Notes: generated from the sequence alone by a model not told the origin. 64,000 bases of DNA from an archaeon CG10_big_fil_rev_8_21_14_0_10_43_11 (GCA_002763265.1 PEZQ01000006.1:94141-158140), one strand, 5' to 3'. Shown: positions 9,975-20,043, counted from the first letter of the stretch. Translations and numbers: made by a program.

Positions 9975-10709
9975 CTAAAACAGTAACACCGCGCGCATGC
10001 CCGAATAGATGAATGTAAGGCTTGCAAGCGCAATTGCAAAAAGAACCCATTTCCTGAACGTTTTTTGGGGTATTTTGGTAACAACTTTTTTTCCAGTAAA
10101 TGACGCAAAAATAGCTATAACAAACAGGATTGGAATAAGATAGTACAAGTTTGGAGAAAGAAATCCACTACCAAAATAGATGGGAATGCGCATGAGGTCA
10201 CCAGAAAGTGAGATTGCGGCTGCAGTTGCGAGATACACGCTTTTTTTGAGTTTGAATGCGCTTAAAAACGCGCCGCGCAACGCGCCACCTGTTCCAATAA
10301 GTCCTGCAAAAAATCCAGACAGGCTTGCGCCAATCAGGCTATTTTGTTTTGTTGGTTTAAAAGAGCGCTGCCCATGCCATGCAAAAAACACGTAGGCAAG
10401 AAGAAAGATGCCCAGCACGAGTTTGAGCACGTCCTGAACAATCAAGTTCACCAGTAATGCACCAATAACAGTAGCAATCACACTTGGAACACCAAAGCGC
10501 AAAAGTAGGTTTCTGTCAAGGCCATGTCGAAAGAAGGTGAGACGTCCTAGGTTTCCTGATATGTGAAAGATTGCAACAAGCAGGAGTGCTGTTTTAAAGT
10601 CAAAAAAGAGCAAGGCAAGAGGCAGAAAAAGAGTTGACGAGCCAAAGCCGGCCATGGTCCCCGCCACTTCTGCAAAGAACGCAAAAACAAAAAACAGGAT
10701 ACTTACCAT
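9975..10709 (-). CDS. TauE/SafE (sulfite exporter, TSUP) family membrane protein
   Basis: GTMAGFG and SGFFAGLIGTGG repeated Gly motifs, ~8 TM helices. Confidence 0.88.
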   Translation of the reverse strand: MVSILFFVFAFFAEVAGTMAGFGSSTLFLPLALLFFDFKTALLLVAIFHISGNLGRLTFFRHGLDRNLLLRFGVPSVIATVIGALLVNLIVQDVLKLVLGIFLLAYVFFAWHGQRSFKPTKQNSLIGASLSGFFAGLIGTGGALRGAFLSAFKLKKSVYLATAAAISLSGDLMRIPIYFGSGFLSPNLYYLIPILFVIAIFASFTGKKVVTKIPQKTFRKWVLFAIALASLTFIYSGMRAVLLF

Positions 10710-10812
10710 ATCCTAAGTAAAGAGCAAGCCTGTTTGTTAAACATTGTGCACAAGAAGAAGCGCGACTACGAGATGCCGGTGTTTTCCTAACATACAGCCA
10801 CACAAAAGGAGG

Positions 10813-13350
10813 TTATTTGAGCGCGCCTTTTGCTTCAAGGTCTGCTAAGAATCGTTCAACCGTGCGATGTGTTTTGATTTTTTGCGTTCGAAGCACGTCT
10901 GCCGCGTCTTCAAGTGCTTCTTCTACAGCAAGCATTTGTTCATACGTTTTTGGCTTTGCCTCAACATATTTTCCACGCGTGTATTTGCCAGATTTTCCTT
11001 TTCGAACTCGCTTCCACACAAGAAAGAGCTCATCAGAGAGAGCGCTCATCTCTTTGTATGAGCATCCTAACAGCTTTGACACGTGGTTTGCTTCGTCAGT
11101 GAGTTCTTGGGTGTATTTTTTAGCGGCTTCTCCTGCTTTAAGCTCCAATCTGACAAGTCCGTCCTGGATTTTTGTGCTTTTGGTGAGTTTGATGAGTTCT
11201 GATTCTTTAGTATTATCAAGGTGTGTGCCACCACACGCTTCTATGTCAAAATCAGCTATTTTAATGACGCGCAATTCGCTTCCCGGTATTGCACCCCCCT
11301 GATAAAGGATAAACCCATATTTCTTTTCTGCCTCGCTTTTTTGGAGCACAAACTTTTCAACACGAATTGCTTTTTTGATGATTTCATTTGCTTTTTTCTC
11401 GATTGCACGCATTTGCTCATTTGAGAGCGCTTCATAGTGCGAGATGTCGAGTCGTGCTTTTTGGGGTGTTTTTTCACTGCCGCCTTGCCACACATGGGCG
11501 CCTAACACGCTTCGTGCTGCCCCGTTGATGATGTGCACGCTTGTGTGGTGTTTTGCAAGTTTGATTCTTCGCTCCTTGTCAATTTTTCCTTTAACGGCGT
11601 CGCCAACTTTGAATTTGTTTGCGTGTTCCACTTTGTGCAGTATAACTCCGTCTTGGACAATGGTGTCAATAACGTGTTCATCATTCAAATAGCCAATATC
11701 ATGGAGTTGTCCGCCGCTTGTTGGGTAGAATATGGTTTTGTCAAGTATCACGTAATCATCAATGATTTTGACTACTTTTCCGGTGAATGAATCTTTTTTG
11801 TAGTCAGCATAATAGAGTCTCTCAGTTTTTTTGATATCTGAAACATTGAGCAAGTAGCGTTCTTCTTTTTCATCACTTTTTCGGTGGCGCTCTGCAATTA
11901 ATGAGTAAAAGTCATCAGGAACGTTTACATCAACGCCTGCGTCTTTGAGTGATTGTGGCGTGACGCCGTGGCTGTCGTAGAGTTCAATCATCTTTTCAGT
12001 CTTGATTTTTCCTTTGATACTTTTAATGATGCGCGCAATGTTTTCCAATGTCTTTTCATATTTTTCTGCTTCAACAGCCAAGACTTTCTGCACGTCATCT
12101 AAGTGGTCTTGAAGCTCAGGGTATTGTGACTTCAATGCATCAGCATGCCATTTAACAATTTGTCCAAAATCAAGATTCCATTTGTACTTGCGATTAAAGT
12201 CATATGCTCGTCGATAAATTGCGCGTAGGTTGTATCCGCCCCCACTGTTTGAAGGCAGCGCGCCATCGGATAATGCAAAGAGTAAGCTTCGCGTGTGGTC
12301 TGCAATTGAATAGAGTGCTTGGAGTGGAAGAATTGCATTTTTGAGCGCATCTACGTTCATACTCACTTCTTCTGCAATGCCAGCCCATTCTTTGTTAATA
12401 TCATCAGTCTCATCAAGATTGAGTCTGCCCGCAAGGGGGTAGAATTTTTTCATGATGTTTGCATCCATTTTGACGCCAGTTTCTCGTTTGAGTTTTTCAA
12501 GCACGCTCGCATACGTTGATTCGTAACTGATTGGTGCATTGTTTGAAAACCATGCGACGCGTTCTTGGCCAAGACCCATGTCTACAACTTTGAGTTTCAA
12601 GTCTTCAAATTCTGGGTTGCCGCCAAGATAGTGGTATTGCATATAAACCTGGTTGCAGAGTTCAATGCCACCTGCAAAGAGTTCAACGCTTGGTCCAAAG
12701 TTTTGGCTTCCTGCCCACACGTCCTCATGATAGGTTAATTCTTTTGGGTCAAGGCCAAGCACGTCAAAGAAGTATGAGGATAAGTGTTTCATGTACGCGT
12801 TTGTGTCATAGTCTTGTGGTTTTTCAAATCGGTGTTGGCCAATCATAACAAAACCAGTATAGTGACTGCCGGTAATGCCAACATTTCCAATATCATTAAA
12901 TCTCAAACAGAATTGCGGCACGGTTAACGGGTTTGCGGGTGGTTTTACTACACCATTAACCACGTAGGGTATGAAGTCGTCAATGCTTGCTTCCACAAAG
13001 TGCAAGTCGCTTCGCCATCGTGCGACCACGGGGTAGCGTTTGATTGGTGTGTAGTTGCCGACTTTTTTGAAGTGTTTTGAGAATGTTTTCCAAATGTCAA
13101 GATATGAGAAGTGGTTTTTTGCGAGTGGCTTTTCAAGAAAGCTAAATTTGCCTACGCAAGACACGTCACCGCAGACTTTTCGGTTTTTGTCTTGGTTCCA
13201 GAAGTACCTAGCGCACTTACTGCATTGTCCGCGCACAAAGCCCATTGATTTCAAGTATTTTGTAGGGTAGTACCGGTCTGGGTCTTGAGGGAATATTTTT
13301 GTGTACTTCTTTTTAATTTCCTTGTCAGTCAATACAGGCATAATTGACAT
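10813..13350 (-). CDS. alaS: alanine--tRNA ligase, archaeal type
   Basis: N-terminal CxxC...CG, RYPVVARWR, PQFCLRFND, HYTGFVMIG, DHTRSL, editing HHTSVH and CGGTH. Confidence 0.97.
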   Translation of the reverse strand: MSIMPVLTDKEIKKKYTKIFPQDPDRYYPTKYLKSMGFVRGQCSKCARYFWNQDKNRKVCGDVSCVGKFSFLEKPLAKNHFSYLDIWKTFSKHFKKVGNYTPIKRYPVVARWRSDLHFVEASIDDFIPYVVNGVVKPPANPLTVPQFCLRFNDIGNVGITGSHYTGFVMIGQHRFEKPQDYDTNAYMKHLSSYFFDVLGLDPKELTYHEDVWAGSQNFGPSVELFAGGIELCNQVYMQYHYLGGNPEFEDLKLKVVDMGLGQERVAWFSNNAPISYESTYASVLEKLKRETGVKMDANIMKKFYPLAGRLNLDETDDINKEWAGIAEEVSMNVDALKNAILPLQALYSIADHTRSLLFALSDGALPSNSGGGYNLRAIYRRAYDFNRKYKWNLDFGQIVKWHADALKSQYPELQDHLDDVQKVLAVEAEKYEKTLENIARIIKSIKGKIKTEKMIELYDSHGVTPQSLKDAGVDVNVPDDFYSLIAERHRKSDEKEERYLLNVSDIKKTERLYYADYKKDSFTGKVVKIIDDYVILDKTIFYPTSGGQLHDIGYLNDEHVIDTIVQDGVILHKVEHANKFKVGDAVKGKIDKERRIKLAKHHTSVHIINGAARSVLGAHVWQGGSEKTPQKARLDISHYEALSNEQMRAIEKKANEIIKKAIRVEKFVLQKSEAEKKYGFILYQGGAIPGSELRVIKIADFDIEACGGTHLDNTKESELIKLTKSTKIQDGLVRLELKAGEAAKKYTQELTDEANHVSKLLGCSYKEMSALSDELFLVWKRVRKGKSGKYTRGKYVEAKPKTYEQMLAVEEALEDAADVLRTQKIKTHRTVERFLADLEAKGALK

Positions 13351-13395
13351 TTAATGAGAATTAATTTATAAAGATTAAGGGGGAGTTAGCACAAG

Positions 13396-13731
13396 TTAAT
13401 ATTTGAATTTTCGTTCGTACTTATCATGATTTATCCACTTGAGCACAATACTCATAATTGTTATTTCATCCGTTTCGATGGTATATATCAATCTCCATGC
13501 ATTTGGAAGGTCGTATTTCCATAAGTTGGTAATAGCATATTTTGTTATGTATTCTTTTGGCCATTGGCTCTTTTTTATTCTCGTACCACAGGTCGGATCT
13601 TTCTTTAACTCGTCTGTAGCGTTGTCAATAGCGTCATATAATCTTGCGTCTTCAAATACGCCTTGTCTAAGAGACTCAAACTCTTTTCTGAGCTTTTGAG
13701 TAACAAAACCAACAGTAATATTCTTATTCAT
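13396..13731 (-). CDS. putative RelE/ParE-fold toxin
   Basis: 111 aa, basic, NLWKYDLPNAWRLIYTI and C-terminal H-x-x-Y resemble RelE-like ribonucleases; ATGA-coupled to upstream HTH gene. Confidence 0.65.
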   Translation of the reverse strand: MNKNITVGFVTQKLRKEFESLRQGVFEDARLYDAIDNATDELKKDPTCGTRIKKSQWPKEYITKYAITNLWKYDLPNAWRLIYTIETDEITIMSIVLKWINHDKYERKFKY

Positions 13732-13994
13732 TTAAAAATCAATTCTTCTCTTATGAGTTTCTGGATTCTTTGAGGGTTGTATGTCCAGATAACACATCCA
13801 TCTTTATCAACAATGATTTTTCCAGATTTCTCTAAATAGTCCAGTATTACTTGAAATGTTTGATACATCATTTTTTTGGGAAGTTTCTTCCATAATTGAT
13901 ATTTTCCACATTCTTGGCTATGTCTTTGCACAGTTCGCTCTACCATAAGTACTGAGTCTAATGTTGGACTATGCGCAACTGTTGATACAGACAT
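13728..13994 (-). CDS. small winged-HTH protein, putative antitoxin/regulator
   Basis: 88 aa, YQTFQVILDYLEKSGKII wHTH-like pattern; upstream of and coupled to the RelE-like gene. Confidence 0.6.
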   Translation of the reverse strand: MSVSTVAHSPTLDSVLMVERTVQRHSQECGKYQLWKKLPKKMMYQTFQVILDYLEKSGKIIVDKDGCVIWTYNPQRIQKLIREELIFK

Positions 13995-14015
13995 ATTATA
14001 TATCTATATATAATA
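13994..14015. promoter_or_regulatory. 10-bp inverted repeat abutting the antitoxin start codon (possible autoregulatory operator)
   Basis: TATTATATAT-ct-ATATATAATA; arms are AT-only so could be chance. Confidence 0.35.
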
Positions 14016-14083
14016 ACAATATTTATATATTTCTGTATAATAATACCCTAATTACTGCACCGTCTACAGTACCCTCTTGAGTT

Positions 14084-14430
14084 TTAGTTGAATAAAAACC
14101 AAGACGCAACAACACCCGCTCCTAACAGCACTAACCACGGTGGTGAATCTTTAATTAAATGACCAACTGTATCTCTCACAGCAGAAACTTGATTTCTATG
14201 AATCGTACAATAATCCTTGAAAACGTGCAATATCACCATCCTCACTACTTGGCTCTTCCTCTTCAACAAATTCTATTGCTTCAAGATTCTTAAGTTTTGA
14301 AATAAACCAACCTGTTGAGATACCTCTGCGTTTGCGGACTTGAACCTGATAATGTGCGGAAAGTACGACTCGCTTTGTATTCATATAATCATTCACATAA
14401 GTAGTGAGCTTTTTGATTACTGTTTCATAT
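14084..14430 (-). pseudogene. gene remnants (DUF4258-like fragment overlapping a TM-ending fragment)
   Basis: Open stretch lacking a clear start with VVLSAHYQVQVRKRRGIS; a different frame ends in a hydrophobic helix. Confidence 0.35.
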
Positions 14431-14483
14431 CACACATAAGAACCGCGCAGAGGGTATTTATTCTCATTTCCTAAAATTGACCA

Positions 14484-15146
14484 TTATTCATTTTCATTCC
14501 AACTCCAATATTCTTCTTTTCCAATTATTACATGGTCGAGGAGTGGAATGTTCAATGTTTTACCCGCTTCTTGCAATTGTTTTGTAACAACCACGTCCTC
14601 ATGTGAAGGAGCAGGATCGCCAGAAGGATGATTGTGCGCAACAATAATACTGTTTGCACTTTCTTTTACTGCAAGCTTAAAAACTTCGCGCGGGTGCACA
14701 AGAACACTATTCAAAATACCCACACTCACTGCAGAGTCCTTTATTAAACGATTTTTAGAGTCAAGAAGTAAGACAAAAAAGTGCTCTTTATCTAAATCCC
14801 GCACTTTAGGCGCCAAATAATTAAACACGTCGTTACCTCCCAAAAAACGAACACCCCGCATCTTAGAACTAGTAAAGCGCTTTGTAAATTCAACAAGTGC
14901 CAAAATTTGACTTGCTTTTGCAGGCCCAACACCTTTAATCGTCTTCAATTCACTAAGTGAACAAGAAGCAAAACAATCAAAACCAAACTCGGACAACAAA
15001 CTGTTTGATAAATCAATTACATTCATATCCCTCGTACCTTGACCAAGAATAAGCGCTAACAGTTCAGCAGTACTCAATGAAGAAACGCCATAAGAAAATA
15101 ATCGTTCTCGCGGGCGCTCTGATTTTGGGATATCTGCAATGCGCAT
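14484..15146 (-). CDS. radC: RadC / JAB-MPN domain protein
   Basis: ERPRERL, HhH GVGPAKA, VHPREVF, HNHPSGDPAPSHED, LLDHVIIG. Confidence 0.95.
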   Translation of the reverse strand: MRIADIPKSERPRERLFSYGVSSLSTAELLALILGQGTRDMNVIDLSNSLLSEFGFDCFASCSLSELKTIKGVGPAKASQILALVEFTKRFTSSKMRGVRFLGGNDVFNYLAPKVRDLDKEHFFVLLLDSKNRLIKDSAVSVGILNSVLVHPREVFKLAVKESANSIIVAHNHPSGDPAPSHEDVVVTKQLQEAGKTLNIPLLDHVIIGKEEYWSWNENE

Positions 15147-15296
15147 AAAAGAAAAGATATACGAATTCAAAATTTAAGGATATATAACACGTGACCGGTA
15201 AAAAAAATATCAATGCAATCATCCACGGTTCTTGCGTTATCACCAGTCAGGGTCTTTTACAAAATCAAATGTGCTTGGCAATGCTTTAAAAGACCG

Positions 15297-15965
15297 TCAC
15301 CTGAGCGTAGTGAATTCCCAATACAGCATGTACAAGCCGGCAAGTATGAGTATCAAAGCGCCTGCTTTTTTGATGTAAGGCATTGATTTTTTTAGTTTAG
15401 ATAAAAGAAGTGTTTGGCTTGTCGCGGCAAGTACGCTCACGCCAACCATTAATATAGTCATGGCAAAAGTATACGCAAACAAGGGAAGAGTAGCGCCAAG
15501 CACGGTTTTTGATGCGAATGCTAAGACCATAACAGTGAGAAAAAGCGGGAAAACGCAGCCAAGACTCGCAACCCCATATGCGAACCCGAACAGCACACTC
15601 TGAATTGAGCCGTTCTTATCTGGTTTGATACGAATGTTTGGAAGAGAAAAAAAGAATTCTTTTCCAAAAAGTTGCAATGCACCAATTGTGATGAGCGCAA
15701 GCGCGGTTGCGACCACGACAAAAGGAAGAATTGACTTGATTGCCTGACCAAAAAGCAAAATGAGAAGACCTATGACAAAAAAAAGAGCGCTAAAACCAAG
15801 TGACGCAAGACCGCCAAACCAAAGACCTCGCACGACTCGTGAATGTTTTGACTCTGATGCGAGCTGGTGAGCAACGTAGCCGGGCAACAGTACAAACGCG
15901 CAAGGCGCAAAAAAAGCGGCAAGCCCGGCAGAAAAAGCAAAGGAAACAAGGGGAATGTCAATCAT
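15297..15965 (-). CDS. ccdA: CcdA/DsbD transmembrane thiol-disulfide electron transporter
   Basis: FFAPCAFVLLP and SLGCVFP Cys motifs, six TM helices. Confidence 0.9.
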   Translation of the reverse strand: MIDIPLVSFAFSAGLAAFFAPCAFVLLPGYVAHQLASESKHSRVVRGLWFGGLASLGFSALFFVIGLLILLFGQAIKSILPFVVVATALALITIGALQLFGKEFFFSLPNIRIKPDKNGSIQSVLFGFAYGVASLGCVFPLFLTVMVLAFASKTVLGATLPLFAYTFAMTILMVGVSVLAATSQTLLLSKLKKSMPYIKKAGALILILAGLYMLYWEFTTLR

Positions 15966-16561
15966 GGGCTTTGTGCGGCAAAGGCAAAAATAGTGTCCCA
16001 GTTTTCTTCACTAAACACGCCGCTTCCAATGTATTCAATGATGCCTTGCGGGTTGATAATAATTTTTGTTGTCGTGCTCTGGATTTGATAGTCTAAGAGA
16101 ATGTCACGATTGCCTTGCGCAAACTCAAAAGCAGACGCGCCTTTTTCTTCTTGATAGGTTTTGATTTGCTGCGCTGATTCAGTGATGTCCACATCAATGC
16201 CAATAAGATTCACGCCAGCAGGCTCGTTTTTCTTGTACGAAGCTTGGATGAGCGGAATCTCTTTTGAACAGAAAGGACACCACGTGGCAAATCCATACAG
16301 CACTGACCATTCTCCGCGCGCTTTTGCATCTGAGAGTGAGAATGTCTCTCCATTAATGAGTTGCACGCTAAACTCAGGCGCAAGACCGCCAACATACACG
16401 CCACTCTGCGTGCTTGATGCAAGAGCATCATGCGAACCTTCAACAGGCGCGTTGTACTCTCCAATAACAACGGTCTTTCCGGTAAACCCGCCTGAAACAA
16501 AGGCAAGCGCAGGAAGGAACAAAACAAGCGCAAGAAAGAGAACAAGAAACCACATTTTCAT
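15962..16561 (-). CDS. membrane-anchored TlpA/ResA-like thioredoxin
   Basis: N-terminal anchor, APEFSV, FATWCPFC; coupled to ccdA. Confidence 0.9.
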   Translation of the reverse strand: MKMWFLVLFLALVLFLPALAFVSGGFTGKTVVIGEYNAPVEGSHDALASSTQSGVYVGGLAPEFSVQLINGETFSLSDAKARGEWSVLYGFATWCPFCSKEIPLIQASYKKNEPAGVNLIGIDVDITESAQQIKTYQEEKGASAFEFAQGNRDILLDYQIQSTTTKIIINPQGIIEYIGSGVFSEENWDTIFAFAAQSP

Positions 16562-17065
16562 AACAATTGTTATCATATGTGTATTAAAAAGGCGTCGAAA
16601 GTGGTTTATTTTCAACGGGGGTTTTGCACACCCAAAGAATGTTAAACAGAAATAAAAGTATAGATTTCAAATTTAGCATTTGTGGTTACACGCGCAAAAG
16701 AGAACGGTTTTGACCTGTTTTGCGTGCACAATACTGCAAAAGCAGGAGGGTTTTACCAGCGCGTGTTTGAAGCGCTCAAACAGGAAAAGCGGCTACGTGA
16801 TGTGCGTATTGAGCAGGAGATACCTACAAATTAGAAAAACATCATATTTTCACTAAAGATCAACGTGAAAAATGGATTATTTGAGACTAGAGAACAAAAA
16901 GCCACAGCAAATAGTTTACTAAATAGAGCATTCTTAACAAAACGAGCAAATTTAACTGCAACTAACAATAAATCAGAAAAATATCTCTTAATATAGAAAA
17001 AAATATGGTGATGCATTAGACTAGCAATTTATACCCTCAAAAAAAGAGATACTAGCCGTTGATGG

Positions 17066-17869
17066 TTATGAATTAAGCAGTTGCAAAAGATTGTGTTCTG
17101 CTTCTTTTGAGTGGTCAAGTTCAATAGCTCGTTTAAAACAAGATTTTGCTTTCTTACGATTACCACTTTGAATATAACATGTTCCTAGATTATTAAACGC
17201 CTGAGAGAAATTTGAGTGTAATTTAATTGCAGAAGTAAAATACTGTGCAGCTTCATCAATTGCATCCAATTTTTTGCTCACGCAACCAAGATTATAGTAT
17301 ACTTCCGGCACGCGTTGAGAGTAGATTAATGCTTTTTTCAAAATAGTATTAGCACTCTCAAAATCTTCTTGCATAATAGATAATTCAGATTTTCTGTTAA
17401 GATAAATTGCGATAACATCATTATCACGTAAATCTGAAAGATATATCTCATTTTCAATTGATTTGACGGGAATATTTCTTGTAGATATATAAAAATCAAG
17501 ATTTGCAAGTTTTCCATCTGTAGATTCAATATAATAATTATCCGCCTTATCAGTTGCATGCACAAGGGCATGGAACGGGGCTGCAATGATACTACTCTCT
17601 TTTTCAAGAGTATCAAAAATAAAATAGTAGAGAAGAGAAAAATCAACGCAATGACCTAAACGAGTATCAATAAATGAAAAGAAGTTATGACTCTTTTTTG
17701 AATATGCGAACTTGTAGTCTTGAAAAACAATTTTTTGCAGCTGCTTACTTATTTCAGGTAAACTATTATCCCCGATATCATTAGTTATACTTTGAAGAGT
17801 AGGCGTAACTGTATCAACTCTATTTTCTATTCGAAGAAGATGATTTAATAGGCTATTCATTTTTTGCAA
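17066..17869 (-). CDS. transglutaminase-like (SirB1-type) domain + TPR protein; candidate RiPP peptidase
   Basis: GHCVDFSLLY...APFHALV...YYIESTDG putative Cys-His-acid triad; C-terminal TPRs (YYNLG, AFNNLG). Confidence 0.75.
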   Translation of the reverse strand: MQKMNSLLNHLLRIENRVDTVTPTLQSITNDIGDNSLPEISKQLQKIVFQDYKFAYSKKSHNFFSFIDTRLGHCVDFSLLYYFIFDTLEKESSIIAAPFHALVHATDKADNYYIESTDGKLANLDFYISTRNIPVKSIENEIYLSDLRDNDVIAIYLNRKSELSIMQEDFESANTILKKALIYSQRVPEVYYNLGCVSKKLDAIDEAAQYFTSAIKLHSNFSQAFNNLGTCYIQSGNRKKAKSCFKRAIELDHSKEAEHNLLQLLNS

Positions 17870-19117
17870 CGTGATTTATTGTACTCATAATTAATAATAC
17901 AATTACCAAAATAATGGAGTCTATCTTCACAAGATGAACATTTTGAATCTAAAGAAACGCCATCGGACAGTTCATCCATAACTGGGTTTTGTATATTCCA
18001 TAACTCTTGAAGGGAAACAGTCTTTATGTTACCTAAACCTCTATCATTCATAAATGCACAAGGTAAAACCTCTCCAGCATAGGTTATATGAGCAGACAAC
18101 TTTCCTGCCACGCAGGTCACATGATCTTCAAGAATGTAGGGGTTACTAAATGCGCTTGTCGCCTTCATATCAGGGAAGGTATTGATTTCTTGTACAATTG
18201 CATCTAATCGTTTAGCGTCATCAATAGTTAATGCAAACTCTTCATCCACTGTCAAAATTTTAGAGAATCGCGGACTACTCACTCCAACATTAACAAGTTG
18301 TTGTAAGAATTTGGCATCAAATCAAGATTTGAATGCGAAACAACACTATTAGTGCTAAAATGCACCCCCTTTTCTCGGCACGCATTTATTGCATTAAACG
18401 CTCGTTTTGTGGCACCTTCTGAACGTTTGTAGGAATCATTAAAGTCTTCAAGGCCATCAATGGAAATTTGAATATGGTCTACCCCAGCACCAATAAATTT
18501 ATCAATGTGTTCATCCAAACGATAACCAGTAGTTATCAGTACTATTTTATTAATTCCCACGGAACGTGCGTGTTTCATAAGATTGAGTGTTCGATTAAGA
18601 TTGTGTTTTGATGCAGTAACTTCACCACCACTTAATGAAAGATTTTGACAGCCCATGTGAGCTGCTTCATCTAGAATTTGCAATAATCTGCTTTCTTCTA
18701 CTTCAGCATCTTTCACTTGATCTAGATATAAAGCGTAACATCCCTTACCTGAGGAGGGGCAAAATTTTACGCTTGCTAATGTTAAACTGCCTATGTTCAA
18801 TAAATCTCCGACAGAACCTTCATCATTGAATACTCGTTTAAGGACAGCTTCGTAATTAAAGGAATTATTTCGTTGGTATTGTGATTTTGTGAGAACTTGA
18901 GAGTCTAAAAGGAGCTGTAATCGTTTTTGGCTCTGTTTAATATCATACTTACTGCTACTTCTCCTACTGTTTGCGTCTTGTCTTCTTTTCCTAATAGCCC
19001 CAGCAATTCGATAAGCGTATTTTTATCAAGTATGTGAGCACCCCCTAATTGAGTTAGGACAGAATAGTTATGTTCATTTTTAATTATCGAGAATGGAGCA
19101 GCGTAGAAGTAGTTCAT
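17857..19117 (-). pseudogene. radical SAM/SPASM maturase with N-terminal RRE-like domain, broken by two frameshifts
   Basis: Three ORF pieces (18905..19117, 18279..~19020, 17857..~18310) join into one protein with SGGE, QISIDG, CxxG..GEVLPC and CSSC...GNC; cluster motif reads CPSSGKGC. Confidence 0.8.
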
Positions 19118-19848
19118 GCTTTCACCTTTTTAGCAACAATAATAATAAGAGGATCAAAATAGGTTGATACGCCTTCTTTAGTTCTATCCATAATTGCATC
19201 ACTTGATGAGCATTGAATCGTTTTGAATTCTTTAAACAATTTTCTTAGGTAAAACGGTGTTGAGAGATGAACATAAACAGGTAGGTCATCTTCATAAACG
19301 CGGTCAAAGAAGTCATGTTTTCTGTTTTTTAAGTAAGTAAAACCATGTTTAACATGCTCTTTCCAATACATAAACTTCTCTCCCGGTTGCAAGGCATTAT
19401 TAGAAACTGCAATAGCAATGCCATTCCGTTTCAATATGGAATATGCTTTTTTAACGGTTTTTGCTCTCTTAACATGAGAATGTATTTGGTCAAGCACACA
19501 ATTAAAGAAAAGAACTGCGTCAAATGTGTTCTCTTTAAAATTAAGTGAACTTGCATCCATTGTTAAAACAGAAGCGACAACTTTTTTTTCAGCGCAGAGT
19601 TTCTTTGTTTGTCGCACCATCTCAGGCGCAATATCAATAGCAGTAACATCAAAACCAGATTTGGCAAGTGACACCGTTTCACGCCCAGCACCGCAACCAA
19701 CAACTAGTAGCTTTTTAGTATTTGAAAGATAAGTATCAACAAGCTTTTTTTCAAAAGGTTTTAGGCCATTTTTTGATGCAGCATAATATTTTTTAGCAAA
19801 ATTCTTATCGGAGTAACGTTTCATTATCAAGGATTCAAAAGTTGACAT
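19114..19848 (-). CDS. class I SAM-dependent methyltransferase
   Basis: LLVVGCGAGR, TAIDIA, MDASSL, FDAV, LKRNG motifs. Confidence 0.92.
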   Translation of the reverse strand: MSTFESLIMKRYSDKNFAKKYYAASKNGLKPFEKKLVDTYLSNTKKLLVVGCGAGRETVSLAKSGFDVTAIDIAPEMVRQTKKLCAEKKVVASVLTMDASSLNFKENTFDAVLFFNCVLDQIHSHVKRAKTVKKAYSILKRNGIAIAVSNNALQPGEKFMYWKEHVKHGFTYLKNRKHDFFDRVYEDDLPVYVHLSTPFYLRKLFKEFKTIQCSSSDAIMDRTKEGVSTYFDPLIIIVAKKVKA

Positions 19849-19875
19849 AAAAATAAAAAAAGAGTATTATACTGT

Positions 19876-20043
19876 TTAGTGACCTACGTCACAAGACATG
19901 CTCCAGTTGTGATAGCGAGGATTTGTGTCAAGATATTGATTCAATTCCGTCTCTTCAGTTCCATTATAAAGCAGTTTCTTCTCTTTTTTCTCCGTTTTTA
20001 TGAGGATTTCCTCATCAGCGATATTTTCCAGATTAGTATTCAT
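19876..20043 (-). CDS. 55-aa putative RiPP precursor peptide (absent from ORF track)
   Basis: MNTNLENIADEEILIKTEKKEKKLLYNGTEETELNQYLDTNPRYHNWSMSCDVGH; first gene of the cluster; upstream AGAAACATTTATATA BRE/TATA-like element. Confidence 0.7.
   Translation of the reverse strand: MNTNLENIADEEILIKTEKKEKKLLYNGTEETELNQYLDTNPRYHNWSMSCDVGH

Noticed and set aside
14484..15146. radC as marker of an integrated mobile element
   Set aside because: Full-length HhH+JAB form; no integrase, att repeats or transfer genes nearby
17857..19117. Diversity-generating retroelement as the cause of the rSAM lesions or pilin variation
   Set aside because: No reverse transcriptase and no TR/VR pair differing only at adenines seen in the window
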